Shown piece after piece: positions 60,290 through 64,000 of a stretch of 64,000 nt of DNA. This DNA comes from Candidatus Berkelbacteria bacterium (GTDB taxonomy: Bacteria; Patescibacteriota; UBA1384; XYA2-FULL-43-10; 1-14-0-10-43-13): positions 12,753-76,752 of the forward strand of contig JAPLVL010000001.1 in NCBI GenBank assembly GCA_026397135.1, in the 5' to 3' direction. Every line of letters starts with the position of its first letter. The stretch's first letter is position 1. Below the pieces are notes generated by a model. That model saw only the letters and a list, made by a program, of their open reading frames with translations, made no database searches and was not told where the DNA came from. The position numbers and the translations under genes are program-made.

Positions 60290-60669
60290 TGTCATTGCGA
60301 GCCATCCCACTCAGAGTGGGAGGCGCGGCAATCTATCCAATAATTTCCTGATACAAATCCAGAAAATTGGGATTATCCTTGGTTATTAAATCGATTTTCT
60401 TCTGCCTTGACCCTGCTTTAATTTGTTTTTCTCGATTGATAGCAGAATTTGAATCGCTATATAATTCGTAATAAACTAGCTTCGTTACATTATATCTTCC
60501 GGTGAAACTTTCGACAACCTTGTTTTTATGTTCGTAAACTCTACGGATAATGTTATTTGTTACTCCAGTATAAATTACCGTATTGGTATGATTTGTCATC
60601 AGATAAACATAGTAATATTGTTCCAATTTCATTTATAAGATTGCCACGGCCTGCGGCCTCGCAATGACA
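60290..60669. mobile_element. REP-bounded GIY-YIG cassette 2
   Basis: TGTCATTGCGAG...CGCGGCAATCT (60290-60334) inverted to AGATTGCCACG...CTCGCAATGACA (60638-60669). Confidence 0.75.
60333..60632 (-). CDS. Stand-alone GIY-YIG nuclease (intact)
   Basis: YYVYLMTN...IYTGVTNNIIRRVYEHK...FTGRYNVTKLVYYE...AINREKQIKAGSRQKKIDLI...NP. Confidence 0.93.
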   Translation of the reverse strand: MKLEQYYYVYLMTNHTNTVIYTGVTNNIIRRVYEHKNKVVESFTGRYNVTKLVYYELYSDSNSAINREKQIKAGSRQKKIDLITKDNPNFLDLYQEIIG

Positions 60670-61043
60670 GAAAAGGTAATTTCCTGCATTCTTTCATACC
60701 CAACCTTTGCAAGCCAAAGTTTGATCGGCTCGGCTTTCTTGCTCGGGACTAATTGAACCAGTCTTAGAATCGTCTCAACATCCGCCACATCGGTTTTATA
60801 AAATTTGCCATCAGCAGACATCATTTTCAGTTTGTCACAATTTGTGACTAACTGACTTCCTTCCTTTTTCAGACGATTCTTTAATGTTGTCCAATAGCTC
60901 TGGGCCTTCTTGAAATCCAGCTGTTCAGTCAACGCCGCGACGATATCAATCACCGAAAAATACCACGCCTCTTTTTTCTCATCATAGAGCCTGCGGATCT
61001 TAAAATTCTCAAATATTGCTAAACTGTTTTGATCTTGTTCCAT
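60633..61043 (-). pseudogene. Bro-N/phage-antirepressor-like gene, N-terminal half, truncated by cassette 2
   Basis: KIRRLYD...WYFSVIDIVAALT...YWTTLKNRL...KMMSADGK...TDVAD...KAEPIKLWLAKVGYER; the last residues VIARPQAVAI come from the repeat. Confidence 0.8.
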
Positions 61044-61112
61044 ATTTCTATTCAATGTTTTTCCCATCTTGTCGCCATTTCAGCTTCGTTTTAGGAAGCG
61101 TCCCCGATTTTC

Positions 61113-61183
61113 TAATATCAAGCATATTTTTCCTCTATCACTCTGGACTTGCTCCGGAAATTATTTAATTCTTTTTTGGATCC
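61113..61183. repeat. Direct repeat of the serS start and leader (copy of 60039-60109)
   Basis: TAATATCAAGCATATTTTTCCTCT...TCCGGAAATTATTTAATTCTTTTTTGGATCC; 71 bp, ungapped, 1074 bp from the first copy. Confidence 0.9.
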
Positions 61184-61282
61184 AAATCCGCCAGCTGGCG
61201 AAAAATTCAGAGTCTGGCTTCGACTTGATAAATAATAGCAAAGTTACTTATTCACTGATTTACATATTTACTTATCTGCTTC

Positions 61283-62676
61283 CTATTTCTCCGGTTTCAT
61301 CAGTGGGAACATTTGGGCTTCACGGGCGGGAAGATCGACTAAAAATGAAAATAATCTTTCGGAGAAACCAAAGCCGGAAGTTGGGGGCATACCATATTCG
61401 AGCGCCTCGACGAACTCCTGATCATGCATCTGTGCCTCCGCATCTCCTGCTTCACGCAGTTTTGCCTGCTCCTTGAATCGATCGGCCTGGTCGATCGGAT
61501 CATTTAGCTCCGAGTAGCCATTGCCCATCTCGGAACCAGCCAAAATGACCTGGAATCGTTCGACGACACGTGGATCATCTGCTTTTCGCTTGGCTAGTGG
61601 GGAAACTTCAACCGGATGATTGATCAGAAAGACTGGCCCCGCAATCTTCTTGCGCAGAACTTTCCAGATCGCATCGATCAAGCGACCACGGCGATCAGCC
61701 GGGCTGAATTTAACATTTAATTCTCTCAGCTTAGACTTCAAATCTTCCTCTGAAGCTTCGAGCACATCTATATCGAAATGTTCTTTGATCGTCTTGGTAT
61801 AGTCAATTTTCTCCCAGTCTTTTTCCAAATCGACATCATGCTCACCTATTTTGAATTTCAAAGTCCCGAAGGTCTCCTTGGTAATATATTTATACATTTC
61901 CTCGACCAATTTCATCGAGTCCTCATAATTGGCATATGCCCAATAGAATTCCATTTGGGAATAATCTTGAAGATGCTCTCTCGAGACTCCCTCGTTTCGA
62001 AACTGTCGACCGATCTCAAAGGTTTTTTCAAACCCGCCGACCATCAAACGTTTCTGCCAGAGTTCTCCCATCGAAATACGGAGAAAAACATCAATATCGA
62101 AGGCGTTGTGATGAGTAATGAAGGGATTAGCGTCAGCACCGCCAGCACAATTTTCTAGTACCGGTGTCTCAACTTCCAAGAAACCTTTTTCGGTCAAGAA
62201 ATTACGAGTTGACTGCCAAAATTTGGCCTTTTTGTAAACCATTTCTCGGGCAACGGCCTGGTAGCTTTGGCTAGCAATTTAACGCCATGGCCTTCGATCG
62301 AAAGCTCGCCGGCATTAGTTACGAAAATAGTACCGGAAATTTGCAAAAAGTCACCAACTTCGATGAGAGTCGCAATTTCAAAATTTTTCTCATCCAGAAG
62401 GTCGGCCCGCAAAACAGCTTGCAGTTTCCCTGATTCATCGACAATATCTAGGAAGAAAAGTTTGCCATGTCCGCGCTTGGCGATAATCCGCCCCGCAATT
62501 GTAATTTCTTTTTTCGATTCGACAAGCTCATCCTGCTGTCCTCTCACTTCGGCAAGAAGAGTGTCCCGCTCTGACTTCGAAGGATAAGCAGAAACACCGA
62601 GGTTTTCCAAAAGATGCAGTTTTGCAATTCTGTTTTCGATTAGTTCTTTTTCGGTCGCGCCGAGCTCTTGTGACAT
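61283..62676 (-). CDS. lysS: Lysine--tRNA ligase (class II), apparently split by an internal deletion and frameshift at about 62243
   Basis: OB-fold half (AGRI...GKLFFLDI...GELSI...PLPEKW) and catalytic half (FLEVETP, GGADANPF, FRNEG, YSELNDP, YGMPP) lie in different frames. Confidence 0.92.
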
Positions 62677-62837
62677 GTTATTCCTTTCAATATCTTTATC
62701 TTTTTATAACACAATTACAGAAAGAAATGAAGTTTAACATCAATTCTTCGCAATATTCCAAAAGGATGATTATATACAAGAGATTAAAACCAAATTCCTC
62801 AAAAACTTATCGAGCCATTATTTGTGTTTATTAATTA

Positions 62838-62870
62838 GAAAACGGGCAGCTCATGATGAGCTACCCGTTC
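62838..62870 (-). terminator. Intrinsic terminator
   Basis: AACGGGCAGCTCAT-G-ATGAGCTACCCGTT stem; U-tract on the minus strand. Confidence 0.6.
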
Positions 62871-62975
62871 AAGATTTGTTTCAACAAATTGATGTAAATT
62901 ATCGCGGAGTACTATTTCCTTTCGCCTGCAAGATATACACCTAGCAATAGTCAGAATCTGTCTAGGTTCCTGAAA

Positions 62976-63332
62976 TCAGACAACTGCAGGGCTGCCAGCA
63001 GGGCCTTTGGGGTGAGTTAAATCTTCATTGGTTGGACTACCTTTAGGACCAACATTGAAATTGCCACCCGTTGGACCGTGATAGTTGTCTTTTGCAAGCA
63101 CCCTCTGAGTGCCGCTTTGTAACTGGCGCGCTTGATCAACCTTAGACGGAACATGATTATCATGGTTTCCGCCACCATCGGCGAGACCATGCTTTGAATG
63201 TTCCGGCCAATCAGTATGTGCACGCCCAGTGTTGGGCATGTCGGATACCATCGACGCAGACGGAGCTGAGTCAGAGATCATTGATTCAGACGGGACCGAG
63301 TCAGAGACCATAGTTATCTCCTCTGTTTCCAC
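62976..63332 (-). CDS. Hypothetical low-complexity protein with 10-aa repeats
   Basis: MVSDSVPSES MISDSAPSAS MVSDMP; TTGACA-N16-TAAAAT upstream and a terminator downstream. Exact start uncertain. Confidence 0.55.
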   Translation of the reverse strand: METEEITMVSDSVPSESMISDSAPSASMVSDMPNTGRAHTDWPEHSKHGLADGGGNHDNHVPSKVDQARQLQSGTQRVLAKDNYHGPTGGNFNVGPKGSPTNEDLTHPKGPAGSPAVV

Positions 63333-63459
63333 ACCTCAGATTTGTCAAGTATAGAAACTAAAATTATTTTATCACTATTGATTAATTTGTCAACATAGCT
63401 TTTGAAAAAATGCCCGATCACCATGACGGATATATAAAAAATGAAATTTTATTGCAGAG

Positions 63460-64000
63460 CTACTTTTTCCCGATTGTCATCCGAGCCAATCGCAATTGTT
63501 CATAGGAGTAGCGGCCGCCAAAAAACTGAAAAACAGGCGACAGATTGTCGGTATTTAATTTCTTGAAGGCAGCCGTAATTTTGGCCAAATCCGGCAATAT
63601 TTTGGCTGGGATAATTCTGATTAGCTCTCCTCTTCCAATTTTACCGGCAGCTACTAGATCTTCGATGTGCCCAACAACTGTTTTCTCGCTCATTTTTCGC
63701 GTTTTGGCAATTTCTGCGATATTTCCTCCCTCCTTCCAGAGCCTTAGTGTCTCATCCGCCGTTGCCACTTTCTTTTTCTTCACTTTCTTCACCGTTTCGG
63801 AAGCTTCAAGCTCACCTCCACGGGAGAGAATGAAATCATCCCACATTTGCTGGAGTTCCGTGTCTGAAAATTTGGCAAAAACTCTCTCTGCACTTGTGGA
63901 CTCGAAGCGAAAAGTCTCATCCTTTTTCAAAACTTCAGGATCAACCAAGAAAGCCTTCTCGTTCCAGCCCAAAATATAAATTCCCGAAAGTCGTCTCACA
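63460..64000 (-). CDS. C-terminal part of a Pif1/RecD-like helicase with HTH domain (partial)
   Basis: VRRLSGIYILGWNEKAF (follows helicase motif VI), then TLRLWKEG...IAEIAKTRKMSEKTVVGHI...LSPVF...YSYEQLRLAR. Confidence 0.75.
   Translation of the reverse strand, partial: VRRLSGIYILGWNEKAFLVDPEVLKKDETFRFESTSAERVFAKFSDTELQQMWDDFILSRGGELEASETVKKVKKKKVATADETLRLWKEGGNIAEIAKTRKMSEKTVVGHIEDLVAAGKIGRGELIRIIPAKILPDLAKITAAFKKLNTDNLSPVFQFFGGRYSYEQLRLARMTIGKK

Noticed and set aside
60158-61183. Prophage (Bro-N/antirepressor)
   Set aside because: No integrase, structural or replication genes; the islet is only about 1 kb.

Overview
A 64-kb chromosomal segment of a streamlined bacterium using genetic code 11. 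It is most consistent with Patescibacteria/CPR; this is an inference from gene style and reduced operons such as rpsB-tsf-frr-rseP without pyrH/uppS/cdsA/dxr. Most genes are housekeeping and on the minus strand: glycolysis (pfkB-like, fba, pgk, gap, tpiA, gpmI), a four-subunit group 3b-type [NiFe] hydrogenase plus hypC, mgtA, yvcK, uvrC, translation genes (rpsB, tsf, frr, rpmE, prfA, prmC, gatCAB, serS, lysS, hpf), ligA, htrA, htpX/lemA, ftsEX with a coiled-coil cysteine hydrolase and an S41 protease, and secA. I found no rRNA, tRNA or CRISPR array. The most unusual signal is two parallel systems, each a small gene between inverted repeats with gene-less copies of the repeats scattered across the window. 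(1) Two ~95-aa stand-alone GIY-YIG nuclease genes are each bracketed by inverted GTCAT...ATCT / AGAT...ATGAC palindromic repeats. One has replaced the middle of a Bro-N gene, and empty copies sit in frame inside uvrC and prmC and in intergenic DNA. (2) A four-helix-bundle gene lies between tpiA and gap, bracketed by inverted heptamer arrays. Related 7-mer and 8-mer arrays follow many stop codons, and one lies in frame inside secA. Also seen: a 35-aa type IV pilin-like ORF missing from the ORF track, a leader-peptide attenuator before an MFS gene, a 71-bp duplication of the serS start, and four frameshifting deletions (GIY-YIG 1, mscS, a coiled-coil gene, lysS) that may be assembly errors. All calls rest on reading motifs by eye; no database searches were run.
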